A stretch of 14,843 bases of DNA, taken from NCBI GenBank assembly GCA_030668825.1, contig DAOVET010000061.1:1-14843 (forward strand), in the 5' to 3' direction. Below are positions 8,501-14,843 of the stretch, piece by piece. The position numbers and the translations under genes were made by a program. The notes under the pieces were generated by a model. That model ran no database searches. It was not told where the DNA came from and was given only the letters and a program-made list of their open reading frames with translations. The stretch's first letter is position 1, and each line of letters begins with the position of its first letter. This DNA is from Candidatus Heimdallarchaeota archaeon (GTDB lineage: Archaea > Asgardarchaeota > Heimdallarchaeia > Heimdallarchaeales > Heimdallarchaeaceae).

Positions 8501-8910
8501 CCTACTTTTTTCTTAATCAGAGGTTTTAAAAGAGATGCTTTGAGAACTCCACTTCTTACCAATGAAATTGCTTTCTCCGTTCCTTTTTCTTTATCTTTAT
8601 GTACCCATGAATCTTGTTCTCTAATATTAACCATTTCAAGGCAATATGGATTCATTCCTTTTTCTTCAACAACAGCTCTAAATGTTGGTTCATGCATTCT
8701 AGGAGAACAAGAAGCTACTACAATACGATCTAACCCAAGATTTTCAATGTCTTGTTTGATAAGTTCTTGACCTGGTTCTGAACACATGTATTTGTAATAT
8801 TTGCTAATTTCTACATTCGGAAAATCTTTCGCAACTTCAGCAACTTTCTCAACGTCAACTGTTGCACTGATATTAATCCCACACTCACATACATATACTC
8901 CTATTTTCAT
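5557..8910 (-). CDS. hdrA: Large HdrA-like flavo-Fe-S protein (HdrL type): HdrA core with an inserted GltD/NfnB-like NAD(P)H-binding FAD module
   Basis: HdrA motifs: VYVCECG, ASCSPRMHE, GGGIAG, DKTFPTLDCSAC, QCVGSRD, CSRVCCMYTAK, PKDIPDTVAQ and two C-terminal CxxCxxCxxxC. The insert contains PCKVACP, NPFPSVCGRVCHHPCEEVC, IIGAGPSG, GGGNVAMD, FAGGD and EALRC. Confidence 0.92.
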   Translation of the reverse strand: MKIGVYVCECGINISATVDVEKVAEVAKDFPNVEISKYYKYMCSEPGQELIKQDIENLGLDRIVVASCSPRMHEPTFRAVVEEKGMNPYCLEMVNIREQDSWVHKDKEKGTEKAISLVRSGVLKASLLKPLIKKKVGVTPNALVIGGGIAGIQAALDIGNMGFHTYLVEKTPSIGGRMAQLDKTFPTLDCSACILTPKMVDVARHPNVELMTYSEIEKVEGFAGNFKVSVKKKPRFVDVNKCTACGDCVENCPVIELDDYNENMTTRKAIYIPFPQAVPKKYVIAKLEEYSPCKVACPANNNAQGYVQLIGMGKYKEALGVIRDKNPFPSVCGRVCHHPCEEVCKRAEIDEPVSIMQLKRFAVDYNRLHDEPSPEVIKPTNKEKIAIIGAGPSGLSCAIRLLEQGYPVTVYDEADIPGGIMTSCLPSYRLPLDIALYDINRLLVQGINLIKNTKVGEDISFEEIKNKYDAVFIGIGAQLPAVLEVEGSDVSGILEGLTFLKDAKKGIKTPEFGEKIIVIGGGNVAMDCAKVALRMGAKEVSVVCLETRDLALKDRMPADIWEIEESEEEGIIFYNELGPKKILSKKGKVTGLETIICISVYEEDGSFRPEFHDDPSPDIEGDTIIFAIGQKSDLTGFEEIETNPGGRTIKIDPITFETNIPGIFAGGDIVPGVPSVVNAIGMGAEAAISIDRYLRKVDIKEGRVRDITKIDFVRLDKEKRPRAKMKRAPVEERIKDFREIDLGYTEEEAVQEALRCISCSICSECMQCVETCEAEAIIHDQEVEYVELDIGAIVVATGFDNYDPSNKPEYGYGQTSNVLTGMEFERLVSASGPTAGHIEINGKEPENVVFIQCVGSRDKEGHKYCSRVCCMYTAKQAHMVRDKLPNSKLTVYNTDVRAFGKGFEEFYNRVQAEDVDYRRRELDDSIQVVGNEKGVIVKAEGHPDIHADLVVLATGLVPREDSKELSRLLNISMSEDGFFLEAHPKLRPVDTFTDGVFLAGCCQSPKDIPDTVAQASSAASRACNILSQKELEIEATIAHVDESLCRGCGLCVESCPYSAIELKIINQFGYETEVASVNEALCKGCGSCAAACLNGAINHLGYTDHQILAQIKALGEK
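6261..6323. repeat. 63-nt perfect direct repeat shared between the hdrA paralogues (other copy 9609-9671)
   Basis: Base-by-base comparison. Encodes YCSRVCCMYTAKQAHMVRDK. Confidence 0.9.
8329..8394. repeat. 66-nt perfect direct repeat shared between the hdrA paralogues (other copy 10288-10353)
   Basis: Base-by-base comparison. Encodes SIGGRMAQLDKTFPTLDCSACI. Confidence 0.9.
8615..8715. repeat. 101-nt near-perfect repeat (2 mismatches; 56-nt perfect core at 8660-8715) shared between the hdrA paralogues (other copy 10574-10674)
   Basis: Base-by-base comparison, with the same 1959-nt offset as the 66-nt block. Encodes ASCSPRMHEPTFRAVVEE.GMNPYCLEMVNIRE. Confidence 0.9.
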
Positions 8911-8922
8911 AATTTTCCTCTC

Positions 8923-10869
8923 CTATTTAGCCAAAATACCTCCGATTTGAGCAAGGACTTGCTTATTACTATAGTGTTTCATTTTTATTGCACCCGTTGG
9001 ACAAGCTGCGGCACAACTACCGCATCCTTTACACAAGACATCATTTATCTTCATGATTTTATCTTCACTGGAAAATTCTAAAGCAGAATAAGCACATAGT
9101 TTCTCACAAATACGACATCCACTGCACAAATCATCATTTATTGTAGCAGTAATGGCTTCGACTAGAGCTTTACCTTGAGCTAAAGGAGCTGCTGCTCTAA
9201 CTGCTGCTCCACTTGCTTGTGCAACTGTATCTGGTATGTCTTTAGGACTCTGACAACAACCTGCTATGAAAATTCCATCTGTAAAAGTATCTAAAGGACG
9301 AAGCTTTGGATGAGCTTCTAAAAGGAAACCGTCAGCGCTCAAGCTGATATTAAGTTTTCTAGCTAGCTCTTTGTTATCCTTTCTAGGTATCAAACCTGTT
9401 GCTAACACAACCAAGTCTGCATGGATATCAGGATGATCTTCAGCTTTAACAATTACTCCTCCTTCATTACCAACAACTTGAATTGGATCATCTAATTCTC
9501 TTCTTCTGTATTCAACATCTTCATCTTTAACTCTATTATAAAATTCCTCAAATCCTTTACCAAAAGCTCTAACATCTGTGAAATAAACTGCTATTTTTGA
9601 ATCGGGATATTTATCTCTGACCATGTGTGCTTGTTTAGCAGTATACATACAGCAGACTCTTGAGCAGTATTCATGTCCTTCTTTATCTCGAGAACCAACA
9701 CATTGGATAAATACCACATTCTCAGGTTCTTTTCCATTAATTTCAAGATGTCCTTCAGTAGGACCTGCAGCGTTAACAATTCTCTCAAATTCCATTCCTG
9801 TTATTACGCTTGCATTTTCCTTATAGCCATACTTTGATTCTGGTGATGGATCAAAATTATCAAAACCTGTTGCAACAATAATAGTTCCAACATCTAATTC
9901 CACTAATTCTTCTTTCTGATTAAAATCAATTGCATTTTGTTCACAAGCACCAACACAAAGTAGTTCATCTCCACATTTCCCAAATTTTAACATATTGCAA
10001 CGTTCCGGATCTATAGTGTACACGAAAGGAACGGCTTGAGGAAATGGGATATAAATTGCGCTTCTTTTACTTAGGTTCTCATCAAATTCATTAAGAACTC
10101 GTCCTTTTAATCTACATGCTTCAGCGCAGAGTCCACACCCAACACATTTCTCGATATTTACATATCTTGGTTTCTTTTTGACTGTGACTTTGAAATTACC
10201 AATATAACCATCAACTTTCTCAATTTCTGAATAGGTCAGGAGTTCTATATTTGGGTGTCTTGCAGCATCCACCATTTTAGGTGCCAGAATACATGCTGAA
10301 CAATCTAAGGTTGGAAAAGTCTTATCTAATTGAGCCATTCTTCCTCCAATACTTGGATTTCGATCAACAAGATAGACCTGAAACCCATCATTTGCAATCT
10401 CTAAAGCAGCTTGAATACCCGCTATACCTCCACCAATAACCAATGATTTGGGGATAACACTTACTTCCTTACGTTCTAATGGTTCGAGAAATTGTGCTCT
10501 AGCAACAGCACCCGAAATTAGTTTTATTGCTTTCTCTGTAGCTCTTTCTTTGTCAGAATGTACCCATGAAACATGTTCTCTAATATTAACCATCTCAAGG
10601 CAATATGGATTCATTCCATTTTCTTCAACAACAGCTCTAAATGTTGGTTCATGCATTCTAGGAGAACAAGAAGCAACTACAACTCTATCTAGATTCAGCT
10701 CTTTTATGTCTTTTCTAATTAATTCTTGCCCAGAATCAGAACAAATGTACTTACTATAACGGCTACTTTCTACATTCGGAAGTGATTTAATTCTCTCTAC
10801 AACTTCAGGTACATTTACTGTAGCACTAATATTGATCCCACACTCACATACATATACGCCTATTTTCAT
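8923..10869 (-). CDS. hdrA: Heterodisulfide reductase subunit A (canonical size, putative electron-bifurcating FAD/Fe-S protein)
   Basis: The full HdrA motif set as above, an internal ferredoxin (CVGCGLCAEAC; CNMLKFGKCGDELLCVGAC) and a C-terminal ferredoxin (CSGCRICEKLC; CKGCGSCAAACP). SD GGGTGG upstream. Confidence 0.95.
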   Translation of the reverse strand: MKIGVYVCECGINISATVNVPEVVERIKSLPNVESSRYSKYICSDSGQELIRKDIKELNLDRVVVASCSPRMHEPTFRAVVEENGMNPYCLEMVNIREHVSWVHSDKERATEKAIKLISGAVARAQFLEPLERKEVSVIPKSLVIGGGIAGIQAALEIANDGFQVYLVDRNPSIGGRMAQLDKTFPTLDCSACILAPKMVDAARHPNIELLTYSEIEKVDGYIGNFKVTVKKKPRYVNIEKCVGCGLCAEACRLKGRVLNEFDENLSKRSAIYIPFPQAVPFVYTIDPERCNMLKFGKCGDELLCVGACEQNAIDFNQKEELVELDVGTIIVATGFDNFDPSPESKYGYKENASVITGMEFERIVNAAGPTEGHLEINGKEPENVVFIQCVGSRDKEGHEYCSRVCCMYTAKQAHMVRDKYPDSKIAVYFTDVRAFGKGFEEFYNRVKDEDVEYRRRELDDPIQVVGNEGGVIVKAEDHPDIHADLVVLATGLIPRKDNKELARKLNISLSADGFLLEAHPKLRPLDTFTDGIFIAGCCQSPKDIPDTVAQASGAAVRAAAPLAQGKALVEAITATINDDLCSGCRICEKLCAYSALEFSSEDKIMKINDVLCKGCGSCAAACPTGAIKMKHYSNKQVLAQIGGILAK

Positions 10870-10879
10870 AATACCACCC

Positions 10880-11719
10880 TTACATATCTCCTTCTAGATT
10901 TCTCAGTTGTTCATATGAAAACACTGGACCATCTTTACAAACATAGAGATTGCCTATGTTACACCTTCCACAAATGCCTATACCACATTTCATTCTCATT
11001 TCTAGAGTAGTGAAAATTTGATCATCTTTAAATCCTAAATCAACTAAATTCTGGATGACATATTTAATCATAATTGGTGGACCACATGTTATTGCAATAG
11101 TTTGATCTGGGGAAGGATTCAGTTTCTTAAGATTATCAGGAACAAATCCTACAAAGTCATCCCACCCCTCTTCTTCAACATCTATAGATAGATGGATATT
11201 GACATCATCTTTCTTTCCTAATTCTGCGAATTCTTCTTTGTAGCACAGATCATTTGTGCTTCTCGCTCCATAAATAATGTCTAAATTGGCATATTTATCT
11301 CGGTTATCTAGAGCGAAATTAATTATTGAACGAAGTGGAGCTTGACCGATTCCTCCTCCAATAAATAACAAATTCTTTCCTTCCCACTCTTTCACATTGA
11401 AGTGATTACCATAGGGACCTCTCAATCCTACTGAATCTCCAGGTTCATATTGGTGCAACTCAGTTGTGACTTTACCCAATCTTAGAACGCTCACTTCTAA
11501 GTACTCCTTTTGAGTGGGTGATGAAGAGATAGCGAACATGCTCTCACCAGTTCCAAATACACTTACCATAATAGTTTGCCCTGGTAGGAAGGTGAACTTC
11601 TTTTTGACTTCTTCATCTTTCAAAACTAATTTGAAGGTCTTAATAGGTCTCTCACCAACAGCTTCTTGTGTGATTCCAGAAATTGTAGCTAACCATGGGC
11701 TATATGGGTTTTTACTCAT
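10880..11719 (-). CDS. flxA: FlxA / AsrB / sulfhydrogenase gamma-like FAD/NAD(P)H-binding [2Fe-2S] subunit (FNR family)
   Basis: PGQ, ISSSP, LRGPYGN, GGGIGQAPLR, YGARS, CGPPIM and [2Fe-2S] motif MKCGIGICGRC..VCKDGPVF. The start overlaps the upstream gene by 8 nt. The symbol is assigned from gene order. Confidence 0.85.
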   Translation of the reverse strand: MSKNPYSPWLATISGITQEAVGERPIKTFKLVLKDEEVKKKFTFLPGQTIMVSVFGTGESMFAISSSPTQKEYLEVSVLRLGKVTTELHQYEPGDSVGLRGPYGNHFNVKEWEGKNLLFIGGGIGQAPLRSIINFALDNRDKYANLDIIYGARSTNDLCYKEEFAELGKKDDVNIHLSIDVEEEGWDDFVGFVPDNLKKLNPSPDQTIAITCGPPIMIKYVIQNLVDLGFKDDQIFTTLEMRMKCGIGICGRCNIGNLYVCKDGPVFSYEQLRNLEGDM

Positions 11720-12743
11720 TTGATATGACCCCCACTTTTTCTATTACATCTATGATATCAATATTTACAGGACAATAATCAATACATCTCCCACAACCCG
11801 TACAAGCAGTGATATCTTCATTCTTAGGGAAATAGCTGAACTTGTGATAAACTCTATTTCTTACTCTGCTCATTCTTATTGCTCTTGGATTGTGTCCTGA
11901 GGCATGCTGAGTGTATTCAGGATACATACACGAATCCCATACACGAATTCTTGCTCCTTCTCTCAGAGAAGATTCATCTTGCATATCGAAACAGTGACAA
12001 GTCGGACACAGATAAGTATAGATTCCACATCCAATACATTTTTGGGCAGTATTATGCCATAATTCGTGATCAAACATCTTATCTAGTTTAGGGACTAATC
12101 CATCAAGATCCATTTTTCTTGTGATACTTTCAACAGATTTGGTTACAATATTTCTTTTTGAATCTTCATCGTTTTTTGTAGATTTTTCAAATATATCTTC
12201 TACTGATTTTATCAGATTTTTTCCTTTTTCTGTGACTACTTCTACATAGAACCTATCATCTAAATCTGTAAAAAGAATGTCAACATTTTCAGTTGAACCT
12301 GGACTATCATCAAATGAAGTGCAGAAACAATTCTTCTCTGGAGAGTTACAAGTTAATCCGATTAGAACAGTATTTTTCCTTTTTGAAATGTAAAAAGGAT
12401 CTTCAAAATTCCCTTCGAAAACTGGATCAAGTATTTTAAAACTTCGAGCATCACAAGGTCTAATTGCAAAAATTAAACTCTTCTCTTCATTTATTTCAGT
12501 CGAAGTAACTGTACCTTTTCTTCCTGGTGTAAACTTGAATAGAGTCTCTGTCTGTTTGAAGATAAGAGATTTTGGAGGGACACGTGTTAAAAGGTATTTT
12601 AGGTTTAGCTCATCGAAATTACTAATTTGCTTGAACAATGAAAATCCATTTTCTTCAGTAGGCCCATATAGAACATGATTGGAAGAGAGCTTCTCAATCA
12701 GCTCAGGGAGTTTGTCTTTTTGTAAAATTAAATTTTCCATCAT
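11712..12743 (-). CDS. flxB: FlxB / AsrA / sulfhydrogenase beta-like 4Fe-4S dicluster protein
   Basis: RPCD, C..NCFC, CIGCGI(Y)TYLCPTCHCF, WDSC, RNRVYHKF and CTGCGRCIDYCPVNI. SD GAGGTG overlaps the upstream stop. The symbol is assigned from gene order. Confidence 0.85.
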   Translation of the reverse strand: MMENLILQKDKLPELIEKLSSNHVLYGPTEENGFSLFKQISNFDELNLKYLLTRVPPKSLIFKQTETLFKFTPGRKGTVTSTEINEEKSLIFAIRPCDARSFKILDPVFEGNFEDPFYISKRKNTVLIGLTCNSPEKNCFCTSFDDSPGSTENVDILFTDLDDRFYVEVVTEKGKNLIKSVEDIFEKSTKNDEDSKRNIVTKSVESITRKMDLDGLVPKLDKMFDHELWHNTAQKCIGCGIYTYLCPTCHCFDMQDESSLREGARIRVWDSCMYPEYTQHASGHNPRAIRMSRVRNRVYHKFSYFPKNEDITACTGCGRCIDYCPVNIDIIDVIEKVGVISNE

Positions 12744-12749
12744 AACACC

Positions 12750-13733
12750 TCACATAATAAACTCCTCGGGATCATCAGGTCGGAAAGTACCAAATAATGG
12801 TTTTTCTTCCGAGTCCATACCAGCAGAATATTCAAACATATTTTTCACGTCTTTCTCAATCTCTTTGTTTAATTCCATAAGAGGGATATTTACAGGACAA
12901 ACAGATTCACACTCTCCACACCCTACGCAACGTCCTGCTAGATGATATGCTCGCATAATATTCCAAGCAGTATTTTCTGATAGATTTACAGATCGTCTAA
13001 TCCACTGAGGATTAAGAAGATCAGCCATACATTCCTTACAATAACACAATGGGCATGCTTCTCTACAGGCATAACATCGAATACATCTATCAAAGTGTTC
13101 TTTCCAGTATTCCCATCTCTCTCCAACATCTTTTTCTTCTAGAACATCGAGATTCTTATGCTCTTCCAGATCCCAAGGTTCAACCTCTTCCCCAATAAGT
13201 ACATCATAAATAACAGGATTAGGAGCAATACAACTAGTACAGTGATCTGCTAACAGTTCCTCTTTAGCAATTTCATGAACTTTTCCATTAATAGTAATTT
13301 TATAAAATCCTTGCTCTTCTTCTATCGTAGAATAAGCTGTTTCATTGGGGAACATTGCTGTAATTTTCTTGTAATCAATTACACCTGAACACGGAATGCC
13401 AATAATAACTAAGTCCTCACGATTAAGTCCTTTCTCCTGGATAATCTGAACCAATGCTCGAGTGTCACATCCTTTTGCAACAATGCCTATCTTTCTTTTA
13501 TCCTCTTTTTCTTCTCGTTTTAAAGGAAGTTTATCTTCTAAGAGAGGATAAGCAGCAAGATTCTTTTTGCATAGAGGGTTAAAGATGAATTTGTCCGCAT
13601 ATTCAGTAGAGTAAGCAAATGCTGGACTTATTGTAAAACCAGTTGTTCCTTTCTTATAACCAATAACATATTTAACATCATCACGTGATACAACTTTCTT
13701 AACTTCATCTATAAGCAGTTGCTGATCTACCAT
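12750..13733 (-). CDS. flxC: FlxC-like (FdhB/FrhB-related) 4Fe-4S dicluster protein
   Basis: KGCD, GIPCSG, CTSC, CIRCYACREACPLCYCKEC and HLAGRCVGCGECESVCP. The start overlaps mvhD by 7 nt. The symbol is assigned from gene order. Confidence 0.8.
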   Translation of the reverse strand: MVDQQLLIDEVKKVVSRDDVKYVIGYKKGTTGFTISPAFAYSTEYADKFIFNPLCKKNLAAYPLLEDKLPLKREEKEDKRKIGIVAKGCDTRALVQIIQEKGLNREDLVIIGIPCSGVIDYKKITAMFPNETAYSTIEEEQGFYKITINGKVHEIAKEELLADHCTSCIAPNPVIYDVLIGEEVEPWDLEEHKNLDVLEEKDVGERWEYWKEHFDRCIRCYACREACPLCYCKECMADLLNPQWIRRSVNLSENTAWNIMRAYHLAGRCVGCGECESVCPVNIPLMELNKEIEKDVKNMFEYSAGMDSEEKPLFGTFRPDDPEEFIM

Positions 13734-14179
13734 TCATTCACCCTCTGAATATCTTTCATTGGACCAATTTTTTTTATATCCTCAGTAACTTCTTTGATTA
13801 CTTCAGCAAATTTCCTACCTTCAGCTGCACTAACCCAGGTCATTCGAACCCTCCGTGAATCTATCCCAATGAATTCCAGAAGATTCTTCAGAATTGCCAT
13901 TCGTCGTCTAGCTAACAAGTTACCATGTTGATAATGACAATCACCAGGATGACAACCTCCGATTAAAACACCATCAGCTCCTTGTTGAAGAGCATTAACA
14001 ACATACATTGGATTTACTCTTCCAGAACACATCACTTTGATAATTTTAATGTTGGGGGGATATTGTATCCTGCTGGTTCCAGCTAGGTCTGCGCCTGCGT
14101 AACTGCACCAATTACATAAGAAACCAATTATATTAGGTTCAAACTCCTCCATTTCAGAATTTGTTTCAGTTGCGGTCAT
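13727..14179 (-). CDS. mvhD: MvhD/FlxD-family [2Fe-2S] subunit, copy 1
   Basis: GFLCNWCSYAGADLAG, VMCSGR, GGCHPGDCHY, WVSAAEG. ATGA start/stop overlap with mvhA at 14176-14179. It occupies the flxD position ahead of flxCBA. Confidence 0.95.
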   Translation of the reverse strand: MTATETNSEMEEFEPNIIGFLCNWCSYAGADLAGTSRIQYPPNIKIIKVMCSGRVNPMYVVNALQQGADGVLIGGCHPGDCHYQHGNLLARRRMAILKNLLEFIGIDSRRVRMTWVSAAEGRKFAEVIKEVTEDIKKIGPMKDIQRVNEW

Positions 14180-14843
14180 TTTGAATCTTCTCTCCTTATT
14201 GTTTTGAGTAATTTTTTTTCATGTGAATAAATCTGTACTTCCAAAAGCATTTGACCTGGAAGTGAATGCGTAGCACATGCAAAACAAGGATCATATGCTC
14301 TAAATGCCATTTCTACCATATTGAGTAATCCATCATTGACTACCCCTTTCTTGATAAGTCCTTTAGCAGCTTCTCTGATAGACATACTAATTGCTGCAGC
14401 ATTATTAGTTGTAGCTACAACTAGATTTACTTTTTCGACTAACCCCTTTTCATCTAGCTTATAATGATGAATAAGTGTTCCCCGAGCTGCTTCAGTTACT
14501 CCTATTCCTTCACCAGGTTGTCCAACTGGGTTCCTGATTTTTTTGGAAGTTATATCTGGTTCATTTATTAGCTCTTGAGCTCTTTCTGTTGCATATAATA
14601 GTTCTATTAATCTTGCCCAATGAAAAGCTAATGTGGAATTGATAGGTTTTCCTCCTAAGGTTTCGTACATTCTTTTGTTTTCTGTTTCTGCTAAAGGAGT
14701 TGCCATTCCATCTGCTGCATTTAATCTACCAAGTGGTCCTACTCTATAAACACCGCTTTCTTGACCATCAATAAAACCTTTCCAACCAATCTTCTTCAGA
14801 TATGGAAATTTAGTATAACTCCATTCTTCAACATGCTCATCTA
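14176..14843 (-). CDS. mvhA: Group 3c (Mvh-type) [NiFe]-hydrogenase large subunit, 3' portion (5' end outside the window)
   Basis: The frame stays open beyond the ORF-track Met at 14706 to the window edge (DEHVEEWSYTKFPYLKKIGWKGFIDGQESGVYRVGPLGRLN). It contains EAARGTLIHHY, VATTNN and the L2 motif FRAYDPCFACATH, followed by a 29-aa extension. Confidence 0.95.
   Translation of the reverse strand, partial: DEHVEEWSYTKFPYLKKIGWKGFIDGQESGVYRVGPLGRLNAADGMATPLAETENKRMYETLGGKPINSTLAFHWARLIELLYATERAQELINEPDITSKKIRNPVGQPGEGIGVTEAARGTLIHHYKLDEKGLVEKVNLVVATTNNAAAISMSIREAAKGLIKKGVVNDGLLNMVEMAFRAYDPCFACATHSLPGQMLLEVQIYSHEKKLLKTIRREDSK

Noticed and set aside
8908-8925. hdrA TAG stop in frame with hdrL (12-nt spacer): possible pyrrolysine or read-through fusion
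   Set aside because: The spacer holds a purine-rich SD (AGGAGAGG), both genes have complete termini, and in-frame spacing occurs by chance one time in three.
6261-10674. The repeats as a CRISPR array, mobile-element ends or a DGR template/variable pair
   Set aside because: They are in-frame homologous segments of paralogous genes, with no spacer periodicity, no transposase or reverse transcriptase, and no adenine-specific mismatch pattern.
10880-12743. Anaerobic sulfite reductase AsrAB or group 3b sulfhydrogenase beta/gamma subunits
   Set aside because: These are homologous families, but there is no siroheme asrC, the hydrogenase large subunit looks like group 3c, and the mvhD-flxC-flxB-flxA order next to hdrA fits Flx better.
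12741-12752. flxC ends in TGA in frame with flxB (ATG TGA GGT GTT ATG): possible selenocysteine read-through fusion
   Set aside because: The TGA is not at a Cys-motif position, follows a plausible C-terminus (DDPEEFIM), and forms part of the GAGGTG SD for flxB. No SECIS was recognised.
6815-12945. Short + strand ORFs in the track (6815, 7232, 8540, 9623, 10448, 11514, 11879, 12679) and the nested minus-strand ORF 9591..9788
   Set aside because: These are shadows lying within well-supported genes, with no recognisable motifs. The similarity between 8540..8770 and 10448..10759 only mirrors the hdrA duplication.
14176-14706. A stand-alone 176-aa protein or truncated hydrogenase pseudogene
   Set aside because: The frame is open to the window edge with MvhA-like sequence, so the Met at 14706 is internal.
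4603-14843. Selenocysteine in HdrA, MvhD or MvhA (known selenoproteins in Methanococcales and Lokiarchaeia)
   Set aside because: All visible ligand positions are Cys codons in uninterrupted frames (e.g. DCSAC, CNWC, DPCFAC). MvhA is not split into a VhuU-type peptide.
5557-14843. Evidence for methanogenesis or sulfate reduction
   Set aside because: Hdr, Mvh and Flx modules are widespread in non-methanogenic anaerobes, and no mcr, dsr, apr or hdrBC genes are in the window.

Overview
AT-rich window, probably archaeal: it has GGTGA/GAGGTG-type Shine-Dalgarno sites, BRE+TATA-like promoters with leaderless starts and U-tract terminators. An Asgard/Heimdallarchaeia-like origin is plausible but cannot be proven from the sequence. 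Nearly all genes are on the minus strand. The right ~10.2 kb is a tightly coupled redox operon, read right to left: 3' part of a group 3c [NiFe]-hydrogenase large subunit (mvhA); an mvhD/flxD-like gene; three genes matching flxC, flxB and flxA; a canonical-size hdrA; an enlarged hdrA (HdrL-type) with a ~470-aa GltD/NfnB-like flavoprotein module inserted into its internal ferredoxin domain; a hydrogenase maturation protease; and a second mvhD. No hdrB or hdrC is present in the window. Downstream are a CoA-disulfide/persulfide reductase-rhodanese fusion, an extended SDR, a ferredoxin-nitroreductase fusion and a small membrane-anchored surface protein. The main point of interest is a candidate HdrBC-less hybrid Mvh-Flx-HdrA/HdrL electron-bifurcating complex. 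Other observations are perfectly identical DNA blocks between the two hdrA paralogues, a Cys->Tyr change in an FlxB cluster motif, and an atypical rhodanese loop. No RNA genes, mobile elements or CRISPR arrays were seen.
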